DNA of 63,956 nucleotides, counting the filler, from Intoshia linei (lineage: Eukaryota; Animalia; Orthonectida), in assembly GCA_001642005.1 (NCBI GenBank). It is 6 parts of 6 records of this genome, joined end to end, with 100 filler letters (N's around TTAATTAATTAA, not from the genome) between each part and the next. Parts side by side here need not be neighbours in the genome. Positions count along the whole stretch, not along the records: positions 1 to 26,738 come from LWCA01000463.1; positions 26,839 to 37,032 come from LWCA01001301.1; 4 more parts are not named here. One strand, written 5' to 3'. A program made the position numbers and the translations under genes. The notes beneath the pieces are model-generated. The model was not told where the DNA came from. It searched no databases and saw only the letters and a list, made by a program, of their open reading frames with translations. Within the stretch, counting starts at the first letter, position 1, and each line of letters opens with the position of its first letter. This document shows positions 12,631 to 27,526 of this stretch, in pieces.

Positions 12631-15600
12631 ATGGGTGTACCTAACTTATGCATAAATTTTAAAAATAATGTTAACCCTGAAACTGCTTACAATGAAGGAT
12701 ATATTGATGTTTGCCCGCAGGCTGTTATAACTTTGTCATCATGTAAAGTCGGTAATTTATTATTCTGTACTTTTTATATGTAAATATTTTCGAAATTATT
12801 AATTAAACTACATTTTATATATGTTATTTTCTTATTTGAAGGCTCATTAGTATTGAATTTTAATCTTTACTAATCACTAAATCTAAGAGCTATCATTTTG
12901 TTATAAACCCCGCATTTTAGTTTAAGATTACATTTTATATTATTACTAATACAAATTTACTAATAACGTATTAGTATCCACTCTAGGTAAATTAAACATT
13001 CGCAGGTGGAATTCAACCTTAGTTTCCTTATAATTTCTATTAGACTTTTATTTTAATCCCAAAAAAAGGTATAAATTACAAGTTAATCTTAACTATCTTC
13101 CTTTTTTATAAAATTATGGTATCTGTGATATCGAAAAGTAACCTTTATTTAAAGTTTTTGATTTTTTCGTGTACCATTTTTGGTCCATATGGACAACGTT
13201 GGGAATCAGTGATCTAAGATGATAACTGCCTTAATTAGTTTTCAGTAGAACTGGTGATGATAATCATATAAATTTGAAACAAAAATGTATTCAAATAAAT
13301 AAGATAATTTTTTTTGTCGATGAGAAAATCTTACTCTCAGTGTTCACTTTCAATCTTGACTTATATTTTGAAAAATTTTATGTATGTACTCAAGTTTTGA
13401 TAATTGTTTAGATTTTGGTGCTGATAAACTGTTACACGATAGTATAGATTCATACTGGCAATCTAATGGATCTACTCCACACAACATAACAATTAGATTT
13501 TCTCGAAAAACGACTTTAGAAAGACTTTATCTTTATACAAATTCAAAGACCGACGAAAGTTATTCTCCTCAAAAGTAATTGAACAGTATTGATTGAAAGA
13601 TTAGTAAAAAGTAATGTGATATGACCGTTCCTCCTGAAACAAGTTTGGGAGCTACTCCTTTAAAGGATTGATAATAGTGAATAGTAGTATTTTTAAGTTA
13701 GATTTTCAACGTGAACATATTTTTTTGGTATAATAAAAATGTGCCATCGGAAGAGCTAGGCGCTTTTTGTACGTAGTACATAACAGTCAACGTAGTGAAT
13801 TTATGTCTTAGTAATAAAAAATATTCTACTAAATTTATCGTGCAATTTTTAAGTCTGTATAAACAAATTAGTCTGTATCATTAAATATTTTCAATTGTGA
13901 CGTAATGTTTGTATTTTAATAATAATAATTCTAAAAATTTTCAAAAAATGTTCCACCCTAGTTACTAGAGCCTAGTATACATATTATATATCATTGAAAT
14001 CAGCTTTAAATTATCTAGATTCTAGAAGATGGTATTATTTTTATGCAGATCAATTTTTCAGTGTTGACTAGTGTAATATTCTTACTTATATAAAATTAAA
14101 TATCTGTGTTACCATGTATTTAAAATATTAACAATTATTAGAATTAAAAAAACACAATTTCTAATATAGTAATTTGCAGGTGATGTTTATATCCAAGTTT
14201 TATTTTCCAAAATTGAGTCCTTCAGCGTCAAAAATCAAATTTGCCATTTTTTTATATAGAAAACAACCAAAAATTTAAAAAACAATAAATTCTGGGATAG
14301 TTATTAAATTCATATGCATTATCATGGATGGCAACCTCAACAAAATGAATTTCCAAGATCAGAACCCAGATTAGCTTTTTTTAAAAATGAAAATAGTCAT
14401 AGAATTTTAATCTGACAAAGTGACGCCTTCATGGTCAAAAAATCACTTTACTATTAATTTTTTTATTTCGAAACTATTTTATTAACACTATCGTGTGGTA
14501 ACATTTGAAATTTGTTAGCATTTCTATATTTTCAACTACTGCATATGCCATATGAAGCATATAACACGCATAGTGTTAACAGTATACGGCACCTTATAAC
14601 AAGATGGGGAACATGCGACCTTCACATAAAAATAGGTCATTTATTATTTGTAAATTAATTTAAATTTTCAATATATATTTAGTAGTATATAGAATTATTA
14701 ATTTGACCTTATCACTATTTGAATATTTTAGTAAAAATTAAATTTTATTATAATGTTTATAAATATATATTAATCCTTTACTTATATAAAATTGCGTGTC
14801 CGTTGAAATGATGGTAAAATCACACGATCATAGTTAATATTAATTTTAATATATGATAATATTTGATCGTAGATCTACAGACTTAAGTTAAAACTGAAAT
14901 ATTAAGATACCATATTATACCTACAAACCATATTACAAAACAATTAGAAATATTCTGTTGTGTTCACACCGGAGAATATTTTTTTATTCAATTCAATTAT
15001 AAGTTCTAATATTAGTATATTTTTACGATCTTTTGATTTACTATATTTTGATTTACGATCTTATTTATGCAATAATGTTTATAAAATTTTCATATATCCG
15101 AAATTTGAATGTCGATAAAAACCATAAAAATCGAGCTAGAACCAAATTTTAAAAATTGAATTGCATAGTTAAGTGTGGGTGTTGATACTATAAAATATAA
15201 ACCATGACAACTTACCACAATGTTATTTTTGCAAAAAATAAAGTTACCTTTAAATATTTCTATATTATTTTCAAAAAGATATTTCAAATGATGAGCGCAA
15301 CTCGGATAAGTATCATTAGATATTTTTAATTGCGACATAATGCTTCTATTTTAAAAATACACATATTGATTACTAACCGCCCATTAAATTATAAAAATTT
15401 AAAAAAAGTGTGACACCCTAGTATGCATTTTAAAGTGAATATGAATTTATTCAAAAAATACTCAATTGAAATTATGGTTTTATTGTTAATTTTCAAATGC
15501 TTAATTAAGTAACTTTGACGATCTCAATTGAGATAATGAGATACATCATTCTGCTCCAAATTTAATATACTACCTTTTCTAATATTCATATTTTATAAGT

Positions 15601-17179
15601 AAAATTGTGTGTTGTCTAGTGTTATTCATGGTTACAATTTTAACATTAGTTGTACAATGTACACTGTACACTTACTCCATTATTATTGTTTTTTATTTCG
15701 TTTAATTAATTAAAACCGTTATTTTAATAATGGTTTGATTAAAAAATTTTTTTGTCAAAATTAATGAAACATTTTACGGCGCACCAAATATCTAAAAAAA
15801 TTTATATACGCCATTTTTTATGAAATTTATTCTATAATTTTATTACAAAGTTTAATAAACAATATAGTCATAATTTGAACTTTTCTGTACGGTTATTTTG
15901 ATCTTTATTTGGTTAGTTTAGTTTATCATTAAAATTATATGAAGTATACACATTGAAATCAATAACCTCGTATTTTTTTGTTTAATTAAAGTTTTTATTC
16001 AATTTTTCAATTATAGCTAAAAATCTTGTGATACACGGTATGAGAACAACTGCTTTAAGGTGCTGTGCACTGTAAAACAAAAAAATTTTAAAATAATTTA
16101 ACCTTAATACTCTTAGTGTGACCATATGGTCACACAACATTGCAATTATAAAAACACGTATCAAATTGAAAGAAAGTTAATTAAATATGAAAAATTACAT
16201 TAATTAGTATATAATATAACATATTATACCTACTTACCTACATTTATATTTAAATCCCACCATTTTAACTAAAAATCTAAATTTTACCAATCCTTATGGG
16301 ATAACCCACTTTTACCAACATTTAATGGAAAAATCAAGTTTTACCTATCCTTAAGGGAATAATCCACTTTTACCAACCTTTTATGTGAAAAAGAAAATAT
16401 AAACAGCGTGCTTGAAGGGGTGAATTTTCTGAAACAGGCATGCACAAAGAAAGGTAAACAGTGTATAATTAAAACAATTATGACTGATGACAATTATGGA
16501 AACCCTTGCTAGTTCCACCATATGGATTAATTGTTGGTTTCACGTGAAAACTGATTGAATCTGATGCTTCTGGGATAACTTGTTTATCACTAATCTTTCT
16601 ATTTGAGAACTACTTTTGTTTTGTTTGTGATATTGAGTTTTTATGGGATACTCCGCAATTCTGTAAAACTGGAATTTTCTCTAAAGGCCCTTTAGTAAAG
16701 GGTTTTTAAAACCGAATTTTTCCTTTAAAGGTTGTTAAAACTGAATTTTTCATTTTAGTGATGGTAAATTTTGATTTTTAGTAAAAATGGTTGGATTTAA
16801 GTAAAAATAGTTGGATTTAAGTAGACACCCATTAATAACAATAAATATTGTTTATGTAAATGTATTAAAATATAATATAAAATGTATACATAATATTTTT
16901 AGACTTATTATAAGAATTGGCAACGATTTTAGCGATCTAGTTGATGTTTCCGAAGTTATGATTGCGAATCCACGAGGGTGGATAATGATTCCTCTTCAAT
17001 ATCAAAAAAATTTACCAGTTAATGTTTTTTTATTACAAATTTCTATTGTTCAAAACTATCAAAATGGACGTGATTCTCATGTTAGAGGAATAAAATTAAT
17101 GTCCAAATGTTACAATTCAAACACACGAATGTTTAAATTCAGTACACCTTATATGCAACAATTTTCAAGTTTGCGGTGA
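12631..17179 (+). CDS. ANAPC10: Anaphase-promoting complex subunit 10 (exons ~12631-12751, 13412-13574, 16903-17179)
   Basis: Spliced: ...QAVITLSSCKVDFGADKLLHDSIDSYWQSNGSTPHNI...DESYSPQKLIIRIGND...QNYQNGRDSHVRGIK...FSSLR*. DOC domain with C-terminal (I/L)R tail. Confidence 0.95.
13660..13795 (+). repeat. Dispersed repeat (family C), possible TTAA-flanked transposon end
   Basis: TTAAAGGATTGATAATAGTGAATAGTAG...GTACGTAGTACATAACAGT, also at ~36325-36445 and inverted at ~48343-48473. Confidence 0.55.
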
Positions 17180-18543
17180 ATACTACAAAATTTAAAGTCA
17201 TAAATTTTGTATACATTTTTGTTAATAAATATTATAATTTAATTAAAAAAAATTTACAGGTGGTACAGTTGTATCCTGTCAACACACACAAAAAATTTCA
17301 ATTCGAATAAGTGACGACTTCACGGACAAAAAAGAATTTTAGTATCATATAATTTTTTCCGAAATATCTCTTGCATTGATGGATAACGTTGTGCCGACGT
17401 GCAGAAACTTTAAAAATTTTGAAAATAGAGTTTTGACTAAATTTAATAATTTTGTTTAAAAAATTTCACAATTTTAGATAATTAATGTATCGATTTAAAT
17501 GTTGTTCTACATTTAAAAATATTAATTGAATCTTATTCAGTTTTCATATAATTAATTTGGTTATATGAGTAAGTAATACTTTTATTCTGTTTATTTAAAT
17601 AATACATTGATATTCTACGCCCTTGTGCACTTTGTAAACTTTTTAGATTTCATGTTTGCTAATGAAAACGATAAATGTTGGCTCATGGCCTATCAGAAAT
17701 TCAACAATATTGAAATTATGACCACTATAATGTACAGTAAAGCTATATTTTGTAATTGTAATTTTAAATAAAATTTGAATAATTTTCAGTACATGATATT
17801 TAATATATCACTGCATAACGGTGTCTATAAATAGTTTGAAAAAACGAAGAGTAATGTTTAAATAATGTGTAATAATTTATTACTAATAAAATATGTAATT
17901 ATCCATTGAAATATTTAACATCTATACAGATATTTAATTTCTAGTCACAATTGTTTTTGGAGTTGATTACGTCATGTTTAAATACCTTGCTACAATAAAA
18001 TAAAATATTTAAACAATTTGACTTTGAAAGCTAATTTTTAGAACGCAAGCTATTATTATAGAATAATTATATATTTGAATCTACACAATTTTAGTTAAAT
18101 GTGACATTAACGTAAATTGTGATTCACATTATTGACACGAATCACTTAGTTTGTGATGTTTGCATTCATAAAAATATGCCTTGTGCAATGTAAAATATAC
18201 AACTTCACTACTGTACATTCGTTAGACGTTAAAATTAAAGTTAAAATGTTTGTACCTAAAAACATGAAAAATATTCATTTAACCATTCTATTTAAACGAT
18301 TAATCAAATGTTAAATATTTTGTATTAATCTAATGACAATTAACATGTAAATTCACTTCGATTTAGTTCCCAGTTTACTTCCCAGACTATTATAATATTT
18401 ACTATTATATTACTATTACTATTATATATTATAATATTATAAATTTAAAAGTGGGTCATACCTTGTACTGAAATAATTTGATTGACATGTTTTATATATC
18501 TAAAATTTTACATTAAATAATTCATCGTAGCATATTGAGTATA

Positions 18544-21500
18544 ATGATTATTGGATGCAATCACTATAAAAAAAACATGTATCTATTATTTGTATTTTTT
18601 CTTGTAGTTTTAAATGCGACGCAATGTTGCGCCAATGATGCAATAACCGAACACGAAGAAAATGAACCCGTTTGAAATTATTATTTTTAAAATTGTTTTC
18701 TTATTTAAAATTTATACAATTTTAAGCTTTATCGAAAAATTTAGATTGGAGATATGGATCAAAGATTTTTCAAGATAAATACCCATGTAATCACTGAAAT
18801 GCTTTTGATTGGATTTGTCATTTTCATAATAATTCTGAGAATTAGTTGATTATATTTTTAATTTTGTTATTTCAATTTTTTAGTTTTCCATTCTTTTGAT
18901 GGGTTGGGTTTAGTTCTTCCAGAATCTGCTATTCTTATTATTGTCGGATTAATCAGTGGAACAATATTGTATTATATGGAAAAAATTGATCATTATCATA
19001 TTCAATACGAAATGAGTGCTCGTATTTTCTTTAAATATCTCTTGCCACCTATAATTTTGGAAGCCGGTTTCATGTAATTTGTTTATATTCATTTTTTATT
19101 TAGGTTATTTTATGCCGATTCGTTCCTTTATCAATAACTTGAGGTCCATTTTTCTTTTTTCAGTTATTGGAACTATCTGGAATATTGCTGCGATTGGTGG
19201 GACGCTTATTTTGCTTAAACTTGAAACTGATGTTATTGGAGCTTTTACCTTTGCTACTCTTATTTCTGCTGTTGATCCTATTGCTGTTTTGTCTGTTTTT
19301 GAAGAAATACACGTCAATAAAATTCTCTATATCGTCATTTTTGGTGAAAGTCTTTTTAATGATGCTGTTACAGTGGTATTTATTTTTTTTAATTTTTTGT
19401 GTTTTTTTTGTCTTATTAATTTTCATTTCATCTGTCACTATAATGTAATAAATGTATTTAATTTGCTGTTTTATAATTAATGAAAAAATTTACACAAAGT
19501 AGACTTAGATTTTATGTTAACGTCCGTGTAAAGTTTCTTTTAAGGGATTAATCATAGTGTTTATCATAGTAGAAATTACCACTAACAATTTTACATACAA
19601 TTAAAAATTTCATTTTTAATTATCCCACAATTTAAATTTATCAAAATTATTATTTATTTTACATTTATTTATTTATTTTATTTCAATTATTTTACCAATG
19701 CGCCATATGTTGGCCACCCCTGTTTTAGGGGCTTATTTTTCATTTTCTGGATGGTTTCGGATTTTTTAGGTTCGGCTCGGATTGTACTTTTGTAATGTTT
19801 AGTGGTAAAATTAAAAAATATTAATTTTTAAGGTGAAAAAAATGGAAGATCTTAAATCAGCAGTTTTCAACCTTTTTTTGTTGACGACCCCTTATAAACA
19901 TACATAATTTCAGAAACCCAAAAATTTTTTATTCCAAACATTATATCAATTTACATAATTAAACAAAATATTTACAAAATTTTCAAATTCTCTCTAACTC
20001 CCGATTGAAAAACACTGGCTTAAAGGTTAATACTGTTTTTGAGATTGAAAAAAATTTGACAATTAGCAAAATTTGTAAATAATAAAATGAAATTTCTGAA
20101 ACTATGAAATAAGAAAATTATGAAATGGTCTCATCCTATTGTCAATATAGCAGAGATATGGTTAATAGTAACTTTTGTTTGTCTACAAATATACCAATAC
20201 TGTATTTTTAATAATGTATATCAAATTTTTATGGATTATGCATCTTTTAAAGAAAATTTTTTTGTCTATTTTATTTTTGGGTTATCGAGCGTAGAAATTT
20301 CGGATCTCGTCTAAGCAAACCAATTAAATGGTATATAAATTATTATAAAATTATCAGCATCATTATGAATACTTAATAATAAACTGTATTACATATTACT
20401 ATACAAATGTATATTAATTAAATGTATTATATGTAATACATTAATTATCCTATAAAAATGGCAATTTAAAAATTGATTTGACAAAATGAAATAATCTGAC
20501 AATAAAAATAAAAATTTTTTTTTAAAATCATCAATTCATATATGAAATGTTTGTGATTGGATATGTGTAAAGCTTACAGTTTCTTGTGCAATGCAATAAA
20601 AAATTAGTGTTGGAATTCAGGTTATTGTGAAAAATAGACTTGTAAATGTATCATAAAGTAACTTTTACAAATTATAATAATTAAAAAATGAAATCTTATT
20701 TCAGAAAAGTTTTAGTAACAAATAGGGGTGTCGTGTGAATCACACGGTGTGATGAACAGAAATGGTTAAATACAGAAAACGGCTAAATATGCATGATGGA
20801 ATATGTAATTAATGATATTTATTATTATGGAATAAAATAATTCATTTCTTTAATATCTGTGGTAGTACATTTCATTATTATTACAGTTTATTCCCTATAA
20901 GAATATAATAACAATGCTCACGATGATAATAACTCTATAATTATATCCTAGCTCTCTTTAAATAACCGGCGTATCTGCTATCCGAAACATGTTTAAATTC
21001 AAGATTTAACGGTTATTAAACATTGATATTCTAAATAACATCATTTAAAATTATTACCGATTAGTGGTTCTAAGATTAATTTAAATTGAATATATCTTAT
21101 GGTTCAATTATTATAATTTTATATTTTAATTTCAATATATTTTAATCTATAATGGTTGAAATTTACGTTTAGAATAAAATAAAATTTAGGTTTCATATAA
21201 TATGCTGGTGACATGGGTAGAACATAGTGCGGATCTCACATATATTCATTATATATGGGGTATTGGTTTCTTCTTTATTGGAAGTATTTTTGGAATAATT
21301 GTTGGAATTGTGATCGGATTGATTGCTGCGTTCATAACCAAATTTACTGGAGTAATATCGATATTGGAAGGAGTCATTGTTTTACTTTTCCCTTATTCTG
21401 CCTATATTTTAGCCGAATTTTGTGGATTTTCAAGTATTTTGGCGTATGTTTTTATTTGTTGTGTATTTAGTTAATTATAATTGTCTAGAACAGGGTTTTC

Positions 21501-24500
21501 AACTTTTAAAATAATTATTATATTATCCGTGATTTTTATAGTCAATCCTTGGATAACATTGCCTACCTCGTTAAACCCTGATCTAGAATGTTGATAATAT
21601 GAGTATATTTGTTGTTATTTATAGATGTGTTTTTTGTGCAATGACAATGAAACCTTATGTTGAATGCAATTTATCTAATGAAAGCATCATGTCTTTGAGA
21701 GTATTTATTCGAATGATTTCTTCAATGAGTGAATCCATTATTTTTGTATATATCGGTTTGTCCACCATCAATCCAAAACTTCATGAATTTGATTGGACAT
21801 TTATAATTATCAGCTTGGTGGCTTGCATATTTTTTAGAATTATAGGTAATAATTAAAATTGTAAAATTGTAAAATTTTATGTCTGATTAATGTGATTTCG
21901 ATTGAGCTGGAAAATGTATTATAATGATAGAGAAAAACGATAGTAGCTAGAGTTATAACAATAAAATTATAGTAATAGTTGTGTAGATCAACCATATGTG
22001 ACCACAGGCAGAGACATTTTAAGGCAATATGGGCTGTAGCCCAGTGTCACTCATTAAAAAAGGCCCCAAATTAATAAAATACTTTACATTTAAATCTTAA
22101 AAATAGGCCCCCAATTATTAAAAAATACTTCATTTATATCTTAAGAAACAGTTTATAAGTTTTGAAGTGTGGGAATTCAAATAGCTAGAAAGAAAATTGT
22201 TTAAAGAATCAAAGTTGTGGTAATTATTCAATTTAAAATATATTCTACAATGTTCATCATATAATATTGACATAAAAACTGTTTCACATGATAATATTAA
22301 ACATTAAAAATTTTCATTAACCTTAAGTAAATATTCAAAAAAGAAAGTATATAAGTTGTAAAGTAGTAATAAAAGTTACTAGAAACCTACATAATATCTT
22401 TTAATGCTTTTATTAATACTCTATGAAATAAGACTCTAAGTCTCCAACACACAGTATGCCCTGTTTTCTAAAAAGGGACCCTAAAATTTTTTATCGCTTC
22501 GCTCAAAACTTTTCAAAACTTTAAAAGGCATCCGGCCCTTTGCTTAGCCCTGAGCAACGAAGTGGCTTAAGACGGCTCTGACCACAAACAGATCAGATCC
22601 TACCTTAACCGAACCCTCTTCAGAGGTTTTTGACTAAATTTTTGACTCATTTTTCAATATTTTAATAAAAGTCGTTTAGATATGTTTTTTAGATACGATG
22701 TAAAAAATTTTAATATTTTTTAAATTGTAGTTCGCCTAATTTTGATAACCGCTATATTTATATTTCCCATTAAATTTTTTATATTTAAGTCAAAATTTAA
22801 GTAGCTCCCTACTACATCATTATCAATAAAGAAGCGATGATATATTCGGATGCTATTTACTATAAAATAATGTGCAATTATAAAAAATTTTTAAAATTGT
22901 ACTGTTAATTTATAATTTTACTACCTATCAATAATAATTTATTTATTATTAAATTTGACACATTACAAATGTTTTTTAATTTAGGAGTCATTATTCTATC
23001 ATCATTTGACAATATTTGGCGAGTAAAAAAATTCAATTTTGGAGATCAGTTCATTATGTGCTTTGGTGGTCTGCGTGGAGGTAATTTACAATTAATTTGT
23101 TTTATCTATATTTTAGCTATTGCTTTTGCTTTGGTAAAAATAATGAATGACAAATATTTTCCCCATAAACATGTCTATTTTACAGCCACCGTCATCATTA
23201 TCTTAATAACCATTTTTATTATGGTAATTTTATGTAGTATACGATATATTACTGGTTTTTGAGTAACGGATATTTTAAATTTTTTAATTGATGACAACAT
23301 GTTGTAAAATGTATAATATTCCTTTGTGATTCTTAAAATGGATCAGTCTAATTTTTGGGGTCACATGTAATTTACTAAAACATTACTTATTTTATTTACA
23401 AAATTGTAATGTAAAATTCACAATATAACTAAACGTTTGATTCTAAACTAAGTATTATAATCAACAAATTCATCATAATTATACATGCTAATTATTATTT
23501 ATTATAATATATCCATTTATATTCACTTTAATTAATTTAACGAAATGTGTTATTAATTATATTCTTATTTACGTAGGGTACAACCATACGACCTTTGGTG
23601 AATAAACTTGGCGTTCAAAAGCAAATGCCTTCTAAATACCATTTAACCAACAAATCAATTAATTGGGTTAAAAATTTTATTAATTTTACATTGTATGTAC
23701 ATACTATAATACTGAATATTTATTATTATTAGTACGGAGATGGATTCATTAGAGTTGTTTAAAAGAATTTTAATTTTATGTAAATTTAAATTATGCCTTA
23801 TGAATAAATTTAACTCTAACAATGATTTGCTTGATGACAATTAACAATTATTAATAATTAACACTTTATGTGACACTTTATAAGATTAAAATTTTAATAA
23901 TTTAATAAAATTAAACAATAAATAATCATCCTAATAAATACGTATACCGTAAAATAATTTACAATTAAGACATTGGACAATACCATGCTAGCCATGGAAG
24001 GCATCCTTGGCACATCTGGATTACACGGCGTCAGACAAAAGTAAATCAAGAATAATTAAATACACCATATAAATCAGCCATGTTAATGTAACATAAATTA
24101 ATAATTATGAAAAGGGTTAAGAATATTTCTTCAACGAGGTAGCTTCCAAAATTTCATATTAACGCATTAAACACATTTAAATTGAATGTTAATTAAAATT
24201 TAATGAACATTCAACTTTTTTTTGTTGTAATACATAGTACATATATTTGTTATAAAATAATAATTACTGTAATACAATACAATGTAGTGTATTATATAAT
24301 AATAATTCAGTTAAAAATAATCATCAAATTGATGTGAAATCATATATAAATTCTAAATTGGTTTAAAATTTAAAGTCTCAAGTTTAGACTTCAACAGTTT
24401 AACATGGCCATTTATTCATGGAGTTGAAAATTAAATATAAATTAACCTGTGAATTTAGATTTCGAAGTTTTAATACTAATTATATGAGCAGAATATTGAT

Positions 24501-24690
24501 TAGAAATAATCGAATTACTTCACCTTTAATGAAAACCCTAAGACACGTTGAAAACATCAATTCTCAAATTGTTTGCGAAAGTGCCTTAACTTTGAGCAAG
24601 TTTTAATTTACATTACAATTTTATATACTTTTTTTAGAATTATTGTAGACGTCGATCGATTTACCAATGATGATAATGTAATTTTAATAT
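18544..24690 (+). CDS. Sodium/hydrogen exchanger (SLC9A, plasma-membrane NHE type), >=10 exons; 3' end uncertain
   Basis: Signal-peptide-like first exon, then LPESAILIIVG, FFKYLLPPIILEAGYFMP, LISAVDPIAVLSVFEE, IFGESLFNDAVTV, GGLRGAIAFAL, GTTIRPLV, LDNTMLAMEGILG. All are canonical CPA1/NHE motifs. Confidence 0.93.
19858..20018. mobile_element. hAT MITE in NHE intron
   Basis: CAGCAGTTTTCAACC...GATTGAAAAACACTG with degenerate TSD TCTTAAAT/GCTTAAAG. Confidence 0.6.
22009..22580. mobile_element. hAT-like MITE in NHE intron
   Basis: TIR CAGAGACATTTTAAG...CTTAAGACGGCTCTG, flanks ACCACAGG/ACCACAAA. A related end lies at ~59840-59891. Confidence 0.6.
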
Positions 24691-25162
24691 ACTTTTGTAT
24701 TAATGAATAAGACATGTACGTTAGGGCTCCCATTTTTAAATTTTGAGCATTTGATGCCCAATTAGAACTGAATGTGTGTATTTTTAAAATCCAAAAAATT
24801 ATTTCGCAATCAATAACATTTAATCCTATCTATTCAAGGTGCGTTTGTCATTTGAAATATATCAATAAAGATACTATGAAAAAATTAATACTCAATTGAT
24901 TCGAGAGGAATAGTATATATTAAGACGTATCCATCGTTATGGATAATTAACCCTACGTCAATAATGATTTTAAAATATTTTTATTGTGAACTATTGTTAA
25001 AAATACATAAACAAACAGATTTAGAACTAATTGTTCTTGATTTTTAGATGCGTGACACCCTAGTGTACGTAATATATTTCATTGTTTTATAATAATTTAC
25101 AATATAATGTTTACAATATACATGTATATTTATAATATATATGTATTTGTAATACTTGTTAT

Positions 25163-25764
25163 CAGGGATTGGAAATAATTGATTGCAATCAATTATTTTG
25201 TCTAAATCAGTTAATTGTTTGCTAAATATTAATTTTTTAATTAATTAAATTTTTTTATGTAGTTGAAAAATTACAATATTAAAGTTCAAGTTGACACTGT
25301 CAACACTCGTTGTAGCGTATCACAGTCCCACCATGTTTTATTTATTTCCAGAAACAATTTTATTTCCAAATTCGAAGAAAGAAATAAAATAGATATGAAA
25401 ATATTTTCTAAATACTATTTTGCAAATAAAATATAATGCAACTAAAATAGTTTGACACTGTATAATAAAATATTAACAACTTTTCATTATTCTATGCAAT
25501 TTTAGAAAAATAGAAACGCGTTTGTCATCAGAAAAATGATGTATTTAACCTACTAGCTGGACTTTTATGTACTTCGAACAAATAGCATCCTAGTATTTAT
25601 TATAACCATATAAAAGTTTTTTAAAAATGATTATGATATTGTTATTAATCTTCAATTAATTGAAATTTTTTATTTTTTATGAAGCAATTAATTGGAAAAT
25701 ATTTTTTCATTTTTCAATTAATTCAAAAAATTAAATTGGTGCAATCAATTAATTCCAATCCCTG
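25163..25764. mobile_element. hAT-like MITE
   Basis: ~30-bp TIR CAGGGATTGGAAATAATTGATTGCA...TGCAATCAATTAATTCCAATCCCTG, flanks CTTGTTAT/TTTGTTAG. Confidence 0.7.
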
Positions 25765-26049
25765 TTTGTTAGTATTATAATTATAAACATGATATGATTA
25801 ATTTAATATATTATTTAATTTAGGATGATTTGTTTTTCAAAAAAGGTAAAAATTTTAGAAATTATATCTGTAGAATTTGATGATTTAGTATATTAATTTA
25901 ATATGGTGAATCAACTATTAATTGATTTATCGAGATCAGGCAGTTAAATTTTTTTAATTTTTAAAACCTCAATTCTTTCATAAGGATTTATTAAATCATG
26001 GCTGTTGAGAGGGTATAGGTCACAGATCACAAGGGTCTAATATTCTAAA

Positions 26050-26650
26050 TACAGTCTAAGTCCTATTTAACGAATTTCAAAATTTTGACAAACCAAAAAT
26101 TCCGTTAACTAAAATTTTACTCTTAAAATATGTTTTCTTACTTTATAATAAATTATACGACGCATATCAATACTAGATGACATTTTTTATTCAGTGGAAG
26201 CTTGGAATAGAGTTAGTGTCACAATAATAACGAATTGCTTTAGGAATACCAAACTTTTTCCTATAAACCGTTCAAATGATCTATCTGACGATATTACTAT
26301 TGAAGAAACTATTTTGAAGGAAAAATTAGTTCAATTAAAATCTTACAATTTTATGACGTTTTGGAATTATCTGAATTAAAAATAAAAGAGCAGAATAATT
26401 ATAATTGTAAAGAATTAGAAAAGTTAACAGTAGAATAAATCAAAGAAGAGCCTAAGAAAGATAATATAGTATGTGAAGATATAACATATCCAGAGTTATT
26501 AGAATATCTAAGTTTAATTGAAAAAATAAGTCATGACCTCAAGGATCTCTTCATCGGCTCTAATTGATATTTATACCCTTGAAAAAAAATGTCACAAGAT
26601 TATCTCAAATAAAAAAACCAAACCAAAATATTCCAATATTTTCAAAAATA
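26050..26650 (+). mobile_element. Degenerate pogo/Tigger-like DNA transposon relic
   Basis: Peptide EAWNRVSVTIITNCFRNT matches the C-terminal AWxxVxxxTIxNCF motif of Tigger/CENP-B DDE transposases. It is preceded by a TA-CAGT terminus at ~26050, and the frame is broken. Confidence 0.6.
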
Positions 26651-26838
26651 TTATAAATTTATCAATAAAAAATATTAAATGTATATAATTTTTTAAATTT
26701 CAGTAACTAGAATTAACATTTTATAAATTTTATTTTATNNNNNNNNNNNNNNNNNNNNNNNNNNNNNNNNNNNNNNNNNNNNTTAATTAATTAANNNNNN
26801 NNNNNNNNNNNNNNNNNNNNNNNNNNNNNNNNNNNNNN

Positions 26839-27526
26839 CCACCGCTCCAGTTTGAGAACCAGTGAATATGCTAATTTATTTAAATTAGTCCAGAGAAGAT
26901 ATCCTTACAAATTTATCCCAATCAGCACAACAAGGTGGCTAGTACGCGGAAAAGCCATAAATGTAATAATAACACAGTGGAGCACCTTAAAAGACTATTT
27001 TCAATTATGTATATCAAATCGTTCAAACTTGTCAGTTGCTGAGAATCTTGTAAGCTTATACAATCACGTGAATTTTGCGTATNTTTTATTCCTTAAGCCG
27101 ATTCTTTTTGAATTCGAATCCATGAACCGCAAGTTTCAATCTGAGAAAGCAGATCATTGCCGACTTTTGGTGGAGTTAAATAATTTTGTTAAACAAGTAA
27201 TGTCCCGAATTATAAAAATAGAACATAATAATATGGCAGTTGATTTTGAAAATGAACATGTGTTCAAAGACTTTGATGATGTAGATAGATATTATATTCT
27301 CTGTCTGGAAAACAATTTAAAAAGGGCGTGTGTATTAACTGAGATGCAACTGAAAGAAAAAATATCATCGGCTGTCGGTCAAATTACAGAAATGCACTGT
27401 GACAGTTTCTACAGAAAAATGCTTCCATATCTAACGAGATGTGAACTGAGAGAAATTATTGTAGAATTAAACCGTGTATACAGTCTGATACACATTTTAT
27501 TTAGTATTAACAATCAAGTGAATTAA
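26839..27526 (+). mobile_element. hAT-superfamily transposase fragment
   Basis: TTRWLVRGKAINVIITQWSTLKDYF...FLKPILFEFESMNRKFQSE is the hAT TRW motif and downstream helical region. It begins at a gap edge and the C-terminal part degenerates. Confidence 0.7.

Noticed and set aside
16255-16400. Regularly spaced ~39-bp TTTTACCAA subrepeats resembling a CRISPR-like array (also ~3450-3600, 7260-7480, 16660-16810)
   Set aside because: Degenerate minisatellite-like interior of a dispersed transposon family in a eukaryote, with no unique spacers or cas genes.
26739-26838. N-run with central TTAATTAATTAA (also 37033-37132, 51085-51184, 58600-58699, 62512-62611)
   Set aside because: Identical 100-bp placeholders with a six-frame-stop linker. 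This is a scaffolding artefact, not biology.
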